From Microcoleus sp. (lineage in GTDB: Bacteria > Cyanobacteriota > Cyanobacteriia > Cyanobacteriales > Microcoleaceae): a stretch of 64,000 nucleotides of DNA. Numbering within the stretch: the first letter of the stretch is position 1; every line of letters starts with the position of its first letter. The stretch covers positions 3,552,001 to 3,616,000 of the forward strand of contig CP181291.1 in NCBI GenBank assembly GCA_052279835.1, written 5' to 3'. The notes below the pieces were generated by a model. It was not told the DNA's origin and ran no database searches. It saw only the letters and a program-made list of their open reading frames with translations. This document shows, piece by piece, positions 10,671 through 21,560 of this stretch. The position numbers were made by a program, and so were the translations under genes.

Positions 10671-10988
10671 CTAAACTGAAACGGTGGGAACTGATTTTTC
10701 GGTGAAGGTTGTCTCTGTTAACTGACAAGTGTGGCGATCGGCAGCAGGGAGGGCTGGCGAGGAAAAAGCCACCATCGGCTCATGCCATAGTGAAAGTTCT
10801 TCGATATTTTCCCAAGCAGACCCAAATGGTGAAACCGCCAAAGAACAAGCTTTCCACTGACCTTGAACCGAAACGCTGAGCTGCTGACAAAGACCACCCC
10901 GTCTTCCTTCTGGCAGATAGTGGCGGCAGTGACGGCAAGCTGAAGTTAAGGGAGTTTTCATAAAAGTTCTTGGGTTTCTCATTTTCAT
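10671..10988 (-). CDS. Small Cys-motif hypothetical protein
   Basis: SACRHCRHY.PEGRRGG.CQQL...W..C motif, a possible metal-binding site. Confidence 0.7.
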   Translation of the reverse strand: MKMRNPRTFMKTPLTSACRHCRHYLPEGRRGGLCQQLSVSVQGQWKACSLAVSPFGSAWENIEELSLWHEPMVAFSSPALPAADRHTCQLTETTFTEKSVPTVSV

Positions 10989-11583
10989 CTCTAATTCTCC
11001 TTTGTTGAGCTAGGAGGTGTTAGAGCATCCCAGCCCTTATCCTGTCTGCTGTTTAGCGATCCCCGAACCATAATTTAATTTTATAATTTATTTATAATTC
11101 TGTTATATATAGAAACAATAGATTTAGTAGTGCCTCATTTTAGATTTAAAAAAGCTGTAAAAAAGTTAATAAACCCACAGGGATCAAGATAAAGCATAAA
11201 TGGGGAACAAAAAGTAGATTTTATAAATCACCACCGATACCATATTTTTGATTTTCGTAATCTGTACGTTAGATTGCAGAAACAACTTAGACACCTAGTG
11301 AAAAAACCGGGGACATAGGCATCAAAATCAACAATTACCGAAAGTACATACTTTATGGCCTTCTAGTTATTTTGTCTGTAGTGTTGGTAACGTCTGTCAG
11401 AAAATATATTGAAGGGCAAAAAGGCAAATAGTATAGAATACTGGCAGCTATCAGGCTGCAACTGCGTTTTATCCCCGGCTTGAAAGACTGGGGTTCTCAG
11501 GCGACGCGCTATGGCGGTATCACCCTTGATGACGGGTAATTGACAACATTAAAATTAATTCAGAGGCGGCAGGAGTTTTACTA

Positions 11584-12813
11584 ATGAGTAAGCGTTCTTC
11601 GGTGGAATCCCCAAATCATCAATCATCTTCAACCCCCATCAATCCTGCTTTACAAGCAGCCCTGGGGTGCTTGGATGTAAACCTGGAAACAGAACTGACA
11701 ATATATAGACGACACAGGCGACGAGCCGAACAGTGGGTGTCTCCATCCGTGCGTCCCAGTACCAAGACAGAAACAGCCAACCAACAGCCTGGTCAAAACC
11801 AGCCACTAACGGCTGCGGAGCCAACCCAGCAATCACTCTCGATACCCCTATCCCTTGGCGGTAGCCCTGGTGAGCCCCCAAGAACAACTAATGCGGGCGG
11901 GAGCCAACCTATAAAACAATTTATCAGTACCCCACCACCAAACAAATATCTCGAATCTAGCGAAAAACTGATCGAAAGTTTGGACTCACCAACAGCCGAG
12001 GCAACCGAGGAAAGAAGTTTAGCAGCCAGTCTGTTGACTCCCTTGGGACTAAGTTCAATGCTGCTGTTTTTGCTATCCTGTACAGCCTTGGGCTATGCAG
12101 TCTTTTACCCATCAAGTCTAGCTAAAATGGTAGGCCTCAACCGTTTGGTGGGAAGCAACACACCCTCGGAGACCCAAAGTAGCGCTAGTAAAGTAACTGA
12201 TACCGGAAGCAAGGAACTGCCAAAAGCTCCTAATCTGGTTTCCAAGGAATTTGTCGAGCTAGACTTAAGTACCCTGAGCAATGTCAAGCCCACCCCTAGC
12301 CCCATTGCTTCCCCCTCGCCCAAAGCCTCAATCCCGCCGACTCCAGCAGCAGTCAGCGACTCCAGCGGGGCTGTCCCCATCCCGACAGAAGACGGCAACC
12401 CACCAACAATTAGGGAAAAAGGACTGAACAATCTCAGTACGGCGTTGCTTCCGAGTCCGACTAATGTGGCACAAACAGTCCCAACATTGCCAACACTGCC
12501 TCCAACGCCTTCACCATTGGCCTCGAATTCAGCAACTCCTGCGGCTGCATCTCCTGCTGTGCCATCCCCAGCCCCCGCAGCCACACTGGGAAGCCCTGCA
12601 CGGGCTAGCGACGGTTTTTATTACGTGGTTGTCGATTACACCGATGCCAAGTCCCTAGAACAAGCCAGAATTGTAGTGCCCGATGCCTACGTGCGGAAAT
12701 TTTCAAAGGGTGTCAAGATCCAAATGGGAGCGTTGAACGATGTGGCCTCAGCACAACTTTTGGTGAAAGAGCTGCAAGCAAAAGGGGTGAAGCCGCAATA
12801 CTATCAGCCTTAA
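11584..12813 (+). CDS. Pro/Ser/Thr-rich membrane protein with SPOR-like C-terminal domain
   Basis: Single TM (LLTPLGLSSMLLFLLS); C-terminal YYVVVDY...VPDAYVR...IQMGAL. Confidence 0.7.
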   Translation: MSKRSSVESPNHQSSSTPINPALQAALGCLDVNLETELTIYRRHRRRAEQWVSPSVRPSTKTETANQQPGQNQPLTAAEPTQQSLSIPLSLGGSPGEPPRTTNAGGSQPIKQFISTPPPNKYLESSEKLIESLDSPTAEATEERSLAASLLTPLGLSSMLLFLLSCTALGYAVFYPSSLAKMVGLNRLVGSNTPSETQSSASKVTDTGSKELPKAPNLVSKEFVELDLSTLSNVKPTPSPIASPSPKASIPPTPAAVSDSSGAVPIPTEDGNPPTIREKGLNNLSTALLPSPTNVAQTVPTLPTLPPTPSPLASNSATPAAASPAVPSPAPAATLGSPARASDGFYYVVVDYTDAKSLEQARIVVPDAYVRKFSKGVKIQMGALNDVASAQLLVKELQAKGVKPQYYQP

Positions 12814-12939
12814 ATTAGTCAGCGGGAATTAAAAATTCAAAAATTAAAAGAGAGCATAATTTAAAAGTTTTCATATTTAATTTTTAGTTCTTAATTCCTA
12901 TTCATAAAATCTCGAATTGAAAATTTGGAGAAAGGCAAA

Positions 12940-13644
12940 ATGGGATTATTCGATCGCCTTTGGCGAGTAATTCGAGCCAACATTAACAGTTTAGTGGGAG
13001 CAGCAGAAGATCCAGAGAAGATTTTGGAACAGGCGACCATTGATATGCAGGAAGATTTAGTGCAGCTCAGACAAGCTGTGGCTGGGGCAATTGCTGCTCA
13101 AAAACGCACGGAACGCCAGTATTCCCAAGCGGAGTCCACCGCCACAGAATGGTATCAGCGCGCACAGTTAGCTTTGCAAAAAAACGACGAAAATTTAGCA
13201 CGGGAAGCCCTGACTCGCAAGAAATTCTATCAAGAAACGGCTATGACGATGAAAGCTAGTCTGGAACAGCAGAAAGTTGTGGTCACTAAACTTAAAGAAA
13301 ATATGCGGGCTCTGGAAAGTAAAATTTCCGAGGCAAAATCGAAAAAAGATATGTACATTGCCAGAGCTCGATCGGCCGCCGCCTCGGAAAGACTAGACAA
13401 AATGATGGGTAATCTCAATACAGGTAGTGGTTTGAGCGCCTTTGAACGGATGGAAGAGAAAGTTATGCAGCTAGAAGCTCGCTCTGAGGCGATCGCAGAA
13501 CTCGGCACCAACGACTTAGAAAAGAAGTTTCTGGCTCTCGAAAGTGGGGGCGATGTCGATGCACAGTTGGCGGCAATGAAAGCACAAATGCTTCCGGGCA
13601 ACAATACGCCTCAGTTACCATCGGGAGAGCCACCCACATCCTGA
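12940..13644 (+). CDS. PspA/IM30 family protein
   Basis: MGLFDRLWRVIRAN...AEDPEKILEQ; coiled-coil; shorter C-terminus than its neighbour. Confidence 0.93.
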   Translation: MGLFDRLWRVIRANINSLVGAAEDPEKILEQATIDMQEDLVQLRQAVAGAIAAQKRTERQYSQAESTATEWYQRAQLALQKNDENLAREALTRKKFYQETAMTMKASLEQQKVVVTKLKENMRALESKISEAKSKKDMYIARARSAAASERLDKMMGNLNTGSGLSAFERMEEKVMQLEARSEAIAELGTNDLEKKFLALESGGDVDAQLAAMKAQMLPGNNTPQLPSGEPPTS

Positions 13645-13934
13645 AGGTGAAGCCTGGAGCGCCCTAGTTGAGACTGCTGTGGCAGTAGCTACAGATAGCC
13701 CGAAGCGAGTTGGGGAATTCCCGGATCAAAGCTAAACTCAGTAGATAGAGCTGGCAAAGCTTGGCTACATCAATTACGAAGATCCCTTTAAACTAGATTA
13801 ATATGTTTGCAAAAATTGCCCAAGGCTAGATCATCGCACTAAAAATCTGACCAACCGAATTTCAAAACCGCAGGCTAGTGTCTAAAGCCTGCTTTCCGTT
13901 TACTTCGTACACCTCACCAAGGAAAAATAGGATT

Positions 13935-14720
13935 ATGGGATTATTCGATCGCATTAGCCGAGTCGTCAGAGCCAATCTTAACGACATAGTGAACAAAGCT
14001 GAAGACCCGGAAAAGATTTTAGAACAGTCTGTGACGGATATGCAGGAAGACCTGGTGCAGTTGCGTCAAGCCGTGGCCGCGGCGATCGCTACTCAAAAGC
14101 GCACCCAGACTCAGTACAATCAAGCTGAGTCCCAGTCGAACCAATGGCAGCAGCGGGCTCAGCTTGCTCTCCAAAAAGGTGACGAGGCGTTGGCCCGCGA
14201 AGCACTGGTACGCAAAAAGTCTCATGCTGAAACGGCCGCTACTCTGAAAGCTAGCTTAGAGCAGCAATCGATTCAGGTGGAAAGTCTCAAACGCAACTTG
14301 ATCGGTTTGGAGAGCAAGATTTCAGAAGCTAAGACAAAGAAGGATATGCTCAAGGCGAGAATATCCGCGGCGAAAGCTCAAGAACAACTCAACAACACCA
14401 TTGGCTCTCTGAATACTGGCAGTTCCATGGCCGCGTTCGATCGCATGGAAGAAAAAGTTTTGCAGATTGAAGCTCGCGCGGGGGCGTCAGCAGAACTAGC
14501 CGCCGGTGGTAGCAATTTGGAAGAACAGTTCCGCTTGCTCGAAAGTGGCGGGGGTGTCGATGACGAGTTGGCGCAAATGAAAGCCCAACTTGCTGGAAGT
14601 TCTGTATCTCAACCTCAATTACCAGCATCGGCTAAAACTGCTGCTACTAATAGCTCTGAATCCAGTCCGGTGATAGACGCTGAGTTGGAAGAATTGCGAT
14701 CGCAGCTCAATAAAATGTAA
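13935..14720 (+). CDS. vipp1: Vipp1/IM30
   Basis: MGLFDRISRVVRAN start plus C-terminal extension IDAELEELRSQL typical of Vipp1. Confidence 0.88.
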   Translation: MGLFDRISRVVRANLNDIVNKAEDPEKILEQSVTDMQEDLVQLRQAVAAAIATQKRTQTQYNQAESQSNQWQQRAQLALQKGDEALAREALVRKKSHAETAATLKASLEQQSIQVESLKRNLIGLESKISEAKTKKDMLKARISAAKAQEQLNNTIGSLNTGSSMAAFDRMEEKVLQIEARAGASAELAAGGSNLEEQFRLLESGGGVDDELAQMKAQLAGSSVSQPQLPASAKTAATNSSESSPVIDAELEELRSQLNKM

Positions 14721-14944
14721 TCTCGATCGAAACTCACCGATTTCTCTGATGGTGCGATCGAGCGCTCCGTCTCTCTAAAGCAAATAGCTTGTGGAGGTCG
14801 GAGCTTTTTGATTGGCGATCGGCGGCTACAGCCGGACTAAATCTTACCGAAACATGACAATTTAGCTATATAGTAGTAAGTATCATTTAGCACTAATTTT
14901 TAAGTGCAAAACAAAATTTTAAGTGGAAATTTAAAAATAAAATT

Positions 14945-15181
14945 ATGTCTAAGGTGCAGTTGTTAGTTCTCAGTTCTGTTGCTTCTGGTTTTGGGCTTTG
15001 CTCAAGCATTTTTGCCCTATTCACAATGACTTCTGGAATTTCACTGATGTCTTTTTTTGTCTTTATTTTAACCTTGGGATTTTGTGCAATTAATGTTTTT
15101 TTTACCTTGCATTATTATACATTCATTTCTAAGCAGTTGAATGTCAAAAATAAAGGCAGATCTAGAACGTTAGGCGGTTGA
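14945..15181 (+). CDS. Small two-TM hypothetical protein
   Basis: ATG start, two hydrophobic segments and a basic tail. Confidence 0.5.
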   Translation: MSKVQLLVLSSVASGFGLCSSIFALFTMTSGISLMSFFVFILTLGFCAINVFFTLHYYTFISKQLNVKNKGRSRTLGG

Positions 15182-15252
15182 AAAAACTTTTAAACACAGG
15201 AATCAAGCCTGCGCTGTCTCACAAATAATGTGGGATATAGCATCAAAAAAAA

Positions 15253-15831
15253 TTAAAATTTAGGCAAAATCCATTCCACCGCCACCGCTAAATTTTCAGC
15301 AACAAAATCCGGTTTAGTATGATGCTGATATTCCCCATTCAACACACTTTCACCGTAACCAGTCTGCACCAAAATACCAGTACAACCAGCATTATGAGCC
15401 ATATCTACATCTGTTGCTTTATCCCCCACCATAAAACTATTTCGCAAATCTAAATCCTGTTCCCAAGCAGCGGCTACCAGCATCCCTGTATTCGGTTTGC
15501 GCCAAGTTGTATACCGCGTAAATTCTGGGTTAGTTCCCCCTTCTGCTTCACTCAAATAAGGGCAATAATAAAGAGCATCTAATTTGGCTCCGGCTGCTTG
15601 GTCTAATAGCTGACAGAGCCGTTCGTGCAAAGCTTCTACGTGACTAACCGGATAATATCCCCTGGCCGGGCCCGATTGATTGGAAACTAGACAGCAAAAT
15701 ATTTTGTGGTCATTTAATTTGCGTACAGCTTGGGCTACTCCGGGAATTAAATGCAAATCTTCTACTTTGTGGATGTAGCCTGCTTCGATATTTAACACAC
15801 CATCTCTGTCTAGAAATACTGCTCGTTTCAT
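15253..15831 (-). CDS. gmhB: HAD-IIIA hydrolase, D,D-heptose 1,7-bisphosphate phosphatase-like
   Basis: FLDRDGVLN, SNQSG, RKPNTGM, MVGDKATD. Confidence 0.88.
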   Translation of the reverse strand: MKRAVFLDRDGVLNIEAGYIHKVEDLHLIPGVAQAVRKLNDHKIFCCLVSNQSGPARGYYPVSHVEALHERLCQLLDQAAGAKLDALYYCPYLSEAEGGTNPEFTRYTTWRKPNTGMLVAAAWEQDLDLRNSFMVGDKATDVDMAHNAGCTGILVQTGYGESVLNGEYQHHTKPDFVAENLAVAVEWILPKF

Positions 15832-15919
15832 GGTTATTTACTAAGGATTGCTATTTTTTTTTTCAGTCCTGGACCCATGGGGAGTCATATCAAATCCTCT
15901 CTTCATCGGAATTATTAAT

Positions 15920-15995
15920 CTCTCCCTCTTCTCTTCCTTCGCGTCCTACCCTACGGGAACGGCTTCGCCGAACGCGCCTTCGCGGTTAAATCATT
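15920..15995. repeat. Dispersed composite repeat (inverted copy at 40897-40969)
   Basis: Near-identical reverse complement of 40897-40969; parent form also at 35480-35552. Confidence 0.85.
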
Positions 15996-16065
15996 CCGAT
16001 ACAACGGGGTTTTTTGTGTCCAGGACTATAATCAAAGATCACCATACCACTTGACAAGTTCTAAG

Positions 16066-16098
16066 AAATATCGTACTCTAATAGTACGGACACTAACC
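16066..16098. promoter_or_regulatory. Putative MarR operator
   Basis: Palindrome CGTACT-ctaat-AGTACG just upstream of the MarR ATG; related boxes at ~16647 and ~16686. Confidence 0.55.
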
Positions 16099-16107
16099 AA
16101 TAAGCCA

Positions 16108-16578
16108 ATGGTTACTACATACACAGTCGATCGCACCCATCTAGCTCAGTGGCACGAAGTTCTCGCCCCCCACAGCATCGGCTATCGGCTCAAACTGCTG
16201 GGACAGTTAGGTACTCGCAGGCTGCAAGAGGCACTGGAACCCTTTGGATTGACACCTTTTCATTGGCTGGTACTTTGTTGCTTGTGGCAAGAAGATGGTT
16301 TAGCAACTTCCAGCATTGGGGACAAACTGCAACAGGTAGGCGGTACCCTCACAGGTGTAATCGATCGCATGGAAGAAAGAGATTTAGTCCGTCGGGAGAG
16401 AGACACCCGCGATCGCCGGATTTGGCGAATTTGGCTAACGGATGCAGGTAGGGAACTGCAAGAAGTGCTGCCACCAGTGGTAGCTCAGGTTCGAGAGCAG
16501 TCCATGACTGGAATTTCCTCAGCCGATCGAGAACGCTTCTCAGAGCTGATCGATATCGCGATCGCCAATCTTTCCTAA
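16108..16578 (+). CDS. MarR family transcriptional regulator
   Basis: TLTGVIDRMEERDLVRRERDTRDRRIWRIWLTDAG. Confidence 0.93.
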   Translation: MVTTYTVDRTHLAQWHEVLAPHSIGYRLKLLGQLGTRRLQEALEPFGLTPFHWLVLCCLWQEDGLATSSIGDKLQQVGGTLTGVIDRMEERDLVRRERDTRDRRIWRIWLTDAGRELQEVLPPVVAQVREQSMTGISSADRERFSELIDIAIANLS

Positions 16579-16741
16579 ACTGACAAATCATTCTCCCGGA
16601 GGTCGCGCAGCACCATCTACCTCTACTAAATTAAACATAACCGAAAAATACTACGCACTCTTAAAAACAGTAGTCTTAACAAATAAATACTACGCACTCT
16701 AACCAAACGGCATCTTATTAAAATTTCAGGAGCCAACTACC

Positions 16742-18424
16742 ATGAAAACCACCAAGGAAACCAACCCAGCAGAATTCAACGGCAACGGCAAAGGCAAAGC
16801 AGTGGGGCTCTTAGAGCAGCCCATGGACGACACCATAGCCAAAAGCCTACCAATCATCCCCGCGCCAGAGACACAAATCAGCGCCCCCAGCGATGTCAAA
16901 ACAGGCGCAGAAACAGAACTTCAAGCACCCCTACCAGCCCCTACAACACCCAAGAAAAACTCCAAGAAACCACTGATTTTCGCACTATTGGGGGTAGGTG
17001 CGATCGCCGCGGGCAGCTTCGGCTACAACTACTGGCAATACGCCTCCATCCACCAAGAAACCGAAAACGCCACAGTTGCCGGACACATCCACCAAATCAG
17101 CAGCCGGATCAACGGTACTGTTGGCGAAGTCTTGGTACAAGACAACCAACAAGTAAAACCTGGACAACTGCTAATCAAACTAGATCCCCGCGACTACCAA
17201 GTTAAAGTCCAACAAGCTCAAGCAGCCTTAGAAAACGCTCGCCGTCAAGCAGAAGCAGCCCAAGCCAATATTTCCCTAGCCTCGCAAACCAGCCAAGGCA
17301 AAACCGCCCAAGCCCAGGGAGATATCAGCGGTGCAAACGCGGCCATTTCCACCGCCCAAGCAGCCCTGAAAGAAGCACAGCAAGGCGTGCCGGCAGCAGA
17401 AGCCTCCTTCGCTGAAGCCCAGGCGGGAATTCCCGCAGCTATGGCTAAAGTCGCCCAAGCCGAAGCGGGTATTCCCCAAGCAAGGGCGAAAGTCACCGAA
17501 GCTGAAGCCGGAATTTCCCAAGCTCAAGCACAGCTAGCCCAAGCCCAGGCTAATCTGGTGAAAACCCAAGCAGATTATAAACGATATCAAGATTTGCAGT
17601 CTGAAGGTGCGATCGCCCGCCAGCAGCTAGATTCCGCCAAAGCAGCCTACGATGTAGCTGTCGGCCAAACTACCGCAGCTCAACAAGGAGTTGCCCAAGC
17701 CAGAGCGCGTTTAGCCCAAGCCAAGGAAGGCGTCACCGCAGCAATCGCGGCAGTAGCCCAAGCCCAAGAAGGCGTAAAACAAGCTCAAGCCCAAGTAGCG
17801 CGGGCCCAAGTTGGTATCGCCAGTGCTCAAGCCAAAGTCGCGGTAGCCCAAGAAGGTATCACTAGCGCCCAAGCCAAACTTGCGACATCCAAGGGTGGAT
17901 TGCAACAGGCTGAAGCGACGGGAGAACAAACTAAAGTTAGTCGATCGCAGTATGATGCAGCTAAGGCGGCGATCGCCCAATCGGAAGCTGCGGTGAAAGA
18001 CGCTCAACTGCAACTTTCCTACACGAATATCAGCGCACCAGCCGCCGGACAAATCGGCCGCAAGTCGGTGGAAGTGGGGCAACGGGTGCAGCCGGGAACG
18101 CCTTTAATGGCGATCGTCAGTAATGATTTGTGGGTAGTTGCTAACTTCAAGGAAACGCAACTGGCAAGCATGAAACGAGGTCAAAAAGTAGAAATCAAAT
18201 TAGATGCTTTTGGCAGTCGTAAATTTGAGGGTCGAGTTGATAGTTTTTCCCCTGCTTCTGGCGCTCAATTTTCTCTATTACCTCCCGATAATGCTACGGG
18301 TAATTTCACTAAAGTTGTGCAGCGGATTCCTGTGAAAGTGGTATTTGATGCTGAAAGTATTAAAGGCTATGAATCACGGATTACACCAGGGATGTCTGCT
18401 ACGGTAAACGTTGAGCTGAAATAA
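16742..18424 (+). CDS. HlyD/EmrA family efflux periplasmic adaptor
   Basis: N-terminal TM, ANFKETQL, LLPPDNATGNFTKVVQRIPV and a long Ala/Gln coiled coil. Confidence 0.93.
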   Translation: MKTTKETNPAEFNGNGKGKAVGLLEQPMDDTIAKSLPIIPAPETQISAPSDVKTGAETELQAPLPAPTTPKKNSKKPLIFALLGVGAIAAGSFGYNYWQYASIHQETENATVAGHIHQISSRINGTVGEVLVQDNQQVKPGQLLIKLDPRDYQVKVQQAQAALENARRQAEAAQANISLASQTSQGKTAQAQGDISGANAAISTAQAALKEAQQGVPAAEASFAEAQAGIPAAMAKVAQAEAGIPQARAKVTEAEAGISQAQAQLAQAQANLVKTQADYKRYQDLQSEGAIARQQLDSAKAAYDVAVGQTTAAQQGVAQARARLAQAKEGVTAAIAAVAQAQEGVKQAQAQVARAQVGIASAQAKVAVAQEGITSAQAKLATSKGGLQQAEATGEQTKVSRSQYDAAKAAIAQSEAAVKDAQLQLSYTNISAPAAGQIGRKSVEVGQRVQPGTPLMAIVSNDLWVVANFKETQLASMKRGQKVEIKLDAFGSRKFEGRVDSFSPASGAQFSLLPPDNATGNFTKVVQRIPVKVVFDAESIKGYESRITPGMSATVNVELK

Positions 18425-18797
18425 GGTTGTACTCCTGATAGTAGAAAATGGAGGAGACGGCAATGCCGTTTCCCTGCACTATTATATGGGCAGGGAAACG
18501 GCATTGCCCATTAGTGTCAACTTAATAAACTGTTGTAAGTCGGGACGATGTTCGCAAAAATAGCCGTAAGTGAGCTGAATTTGTTTAACTTTCACGTTTG
18601 TAAATACTACTCTGCCCTAGCTGACTGAGTGTTGGCAGCTTCTGTAGGCGGAAGGGACATTGAAAAGCGGGCATTGTTACAAAACTTTACGTCTTATCCT
18701 ATGAGGCAAATTTGTCTGTAAACGCTACATCTTTTTCTCTGTCCCAATGCCATACTATCGTAATCCCTCTGATGCCTTGCTAGACTTGTAGGTACGG

Positions 18798-20456
18798 TTG
18801 AGTAGCCTTCGAGCGGTCAACATCGACAAATTTGTCCAGAACATTTGGTCTGGTAAAGCGCCTGGAGTCGATCGAACAATGCAGCATCACAAAGATCTTC
18901 AAGGCTGGTCCCTTTTGGCAGTTGCTGTCACCGCGGTGATGGCAGCAAATTTTGGCATTGCCAAATTAAATTATTTGTCCGATCGATCCGCTAGCTATGA
19001 AACGGAACTCCGACATTTGCAAGGACTGGCCAATCGCTTAGACGCCCTGGAGTGGAGAGCAATTGCTAACAAAAAAGTGACCTCAGAGCTAGAGGAAACC
19101 CTAGGGAAGCAACGACAGCAAGCAAAGCTCAGTTTTGATACCCTCAAACATACTGCTTCTTCGTTTCGAGATTTGCAAGAAGTGGACTCAGCCTACCAAA
19201 CCTATTCTAAGGCCGTTAATAAACTCTTGACCCTGCTAAAAACTGATCGGATTGAAGAAGCATTGGAGGTGGATGAGAAGCAGGTCGATCCCAGCTATGA
19301 AAAATTGTATGCCATCGTGACAAAAAAGACCGTAGAAGCGGCAAAAAATAGGGCAAATCTACAATCCTGGGCTAACTTTGGCTCCATATTGATTATGACC
19401 TTTTTAGTTGCGACAATTTGGATATTGCGATCGGAGATTTTGCGATCGCAGCAAAGATTTCAGGAAATCAAGAATGTGCGCCAGCGGGAAGCCCGGTTGG
19501 AACAAGAGCGTCAACTTCTAGAATCGAAAGTGATGGAGCGCACACAGACGCTTCAAACGACAAACGACGAATTGGAACAAACACTCACGGCACTGAAAGA
19601 GTCGCAGATTCAGCTAATCCAAAGTGAGAAAATGTCAGCTTTAGGACAAATGATGGCTGGTGTTGCTCATGAAATCAATAATCCGGTTGGCTTTATCGCT
19701 GGGAATATAGCTCCGGCGCAAGACTACGTAAAGGATTTGTTTGGCATGATTAATTTATATCAAGAAAAATTTCCGCAACCTGGTTCCGAGATAGAGGCAG
19801 AAATTCAAGCGATCGACCTAGATTATATACGGCAAGACTTGCCTAAGCTTTTTCAATCGATGAAAGATGGGGTGGTACGAATTAAAGATATCAGTAGGAG
19901 TTTACGCATTTTTTCGAGAGCAGATTGCGATCGCCCCACAATGTTCAACATTCATGAGGGCATTGATAGTACCATCTTGATTCTCCAGCATCGACTAAAA
20001 TCAAATCCTACCAGACCCGCGATCGAGATTATCAGAGAATACGGTGAACTTCCGAAAGTGGAATGTTATGCAGGACAACTCAACCAAGTGTTCATGAATT
20101 TGCTGGCTAATGCCATTGATGCCCTAGAAGAATCAAATCAAGAACAAGAACGCAGCCAGGAATATCTGGAAGCGCATCCGAACCGAATTGCGATTAAAAC
20201 TGAGTTATCGAGCGATCGCAAATCTGCTGTAATTGGGATTAAAGATAATGGTATTGGTATGACAGAGGAAGTGAAGCAGAAAGTATTTGATCATCTGTTT
20301 ACAACCAAGGGTGTGGGTAAAGGAACGGGGCTGGGATTGGCGATTGTTCATCAAATTGTGGTTGATAAACACGCTGGAACTATCGAAGTAAAATCTAGGC
20401 CTGGAGAGGGAGCAGAGTTTGCGATCGCTATTCCGATTGAGATCGCGTCTCAATAA
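18798..20456 (+). CDS. Membrane sensor histidine kinase (start may be 18879)
   Basis: Two TMs, H-box AGVAHEINNP, N-box QVFMNLLANAIDA, G-boxes DNGIGM and GTGLGL. Confidence 0.93.
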   Translation: MSSLRAVNIDKFVQNIWSGKAPGVDRTMQHHKDLQGWSLLAVAVTAVMAANFGIAKLNYLSDRSASYETELRHLQGLANRLDALEWRAIANKKVTSELEETLGKQRQQAKLSFDTLKHTASSFRDLQEVDSAYQTYSKAVNKLLTLLKTDRIEEALEVDEKQVDPSYEKLYAIVTKKTVEAAKNRANLQSWANFGSILIMTFLVATIWILRSEILRSQQRFQEIKNVRQREARLEQERQLLESKVMERTQTLQTTNDELEQTLTALKESQIQLIQSEKMSALGQMMAGVAHEINNPVGFIAGNIAPAQDYVKDLFGMINLYQEKFPQPGSEIEAEIQAIDLDYIRQDLPKLFQSMKDGVVRIKDISRSLRIFSRADCDRPTMFNIHEGIDSTILILQHRLKSNPTRPAIEIIREYGELPKVECYAGQLNQVFMNLLANAIDALEESNQEQERSQEYLEAHPNRIAIKTELSSDRKSAVIGIKDNGIGMTEEVKQKVFDHLFTTKGVGKGTGLGLAIVHQIVVDKHAGTIEVKSRPGEGAEFAIAIPIEIASQ

Positions 20457-20465
20457 CTAATGTTA

Positions 20466-21272
20466 CTATCCGTGACTTAAGATATCTAAAAACTCTTGGA
20501 CAATGCGATCTGCATCTTCGCAGCATCTTTCTGCGTCGCAATAGTGGATGATGCTGATACCGTGAGATGCAAACAGGCGATCGCGCGTTTCATCTTTTTC
20601 TGTATCGGGATGCCATATTTCCAGAATACCCCATTTCCCTTGGTGGAAGATGAGGAAATCTGGTTCTTGGTTTTGTCGGCCTGCGGGTGTGGTGATGCGG
20701 GCTTTCGAGTTGGGGAAAAAGAGGGTGTTTGTGCGATCGAGCGCTTCGGCAATTTTGACTTGTTCTTCGCAGTGAAAGCGCAAATCGTTCCAGTGATAAA
20801 TCCGTTCTTTTATGGTTGACAAAATACCCTGGTTATGCGCGTCTTCAGCCTTAATAATTCCATCTGATACTGTATTATAATCAGATATCGTTGCACCCTG
20901 TAAATCAGTTGACGAATCAGATTCACTTAAGTTTGCGAAGGATATTCTGGCTCCGGTTAAATTAGCACCGCTGAGATTAACTCCAATAACTTGAGTTCGA
21001 TGTAATGTCACTTGATGCCGCCGCAAGTATCGCTTAAAAACAGAGCGTAAATTATTTTTTTTTACCTTTTCATCAAAAGCCTCTGAGAGTTGTTTCCAGA
21101 GTTTAGCCGCCAGCGCTTTGATGTATTCATCATTATATTGAGAGAGTTGAGAAATTTCTTCGTAGGAACATCGGCCTTCCCAGCATTGTCTGAAGATGAG
21201 CTCTTGCACGTCGTTTAAGCCTTCGCCATCGAGGAGATTTTCTGCGATCGCGATTGCTTCATCAACGGTCAT
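20466..21272 (-). CDS. HTH + pentapeptide repeat + DUF559/Vsr-like C-terminal domain protein (paralog 1)
   Basis: N-terminal MTVDEA...SYEEI...LWKQLSEAF.EKVKKNN HTH; NLSGANLTGA pentapeptides; C-terminal KIAEALDR...EPDFLI.HQGKWGILE...RDRLF. Confidence 0.75.
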   Translation of the reverse strand: MTVDEAIAIAENLLDGEGLNDVQELIFRQCWEGRCSYEEISQLSQYNDEYIKALAAKLWKQLSEAFDEKVKKNNLRSVFKRYLRRHQVTLHRTQVIGVNLSGANLTGARISFANLSESDSSTDLQGATISDYNTVSDGIIKAEDAHNQGILSTIKERIYHWNDLRFHCEEQVKIAEALDRTNTLFFPNSKARITTPAGRQNQEPDFLIFHQGKWGILEIWHPDTEKDETRDRLFASHGISIIHYCDAERCCEDADRIVQEFLDILSHG

Positions 21273-21349
21273 GGGTTAAGTTTCCTTAAAGTATATATCT
21301 GGTGAAGTTTTGACAATAATACCATTTTTTTATGATGCTGTATAGAATC

Positions 21350-21510
21350 CGATCCCCCCGGCGCCCCTAGAACCCACCCCCAGCCCCTCCGAGGAGGGGA
21401 GCAAGAGGGGGGGACAACATTCTTCTCAAAGTCCCCCTTCCCCCATCCCCCCTTGGGGGGGGCAGGGGGGGGTGGGGGGCTAGGGGGAGGTGGGGATTTA
21501 GGGGGATCGA
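21350..21510. repeat. C/G-run palindromic dispersed repeat (nested)
   Basis: gatcccccc...gggggatc termini with internal CCCCCTT-GGGGGG hairpins. Confidence 0.75.
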
Positions 21511-21560
21511 GATATGTGCAACGACCCATTAAATTAATATAAGAGGCTATATCTTAGGAA

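Noticed and set aside
12940..14720. Tandem PspA/Vipp1 as a novelty
   Set aside because: A known arrangement in many cyanobacteria.
21269..21529. Pro/Gly-rich 86-aa ORF
   Set aside because: Derived from a C/G-run repeat.
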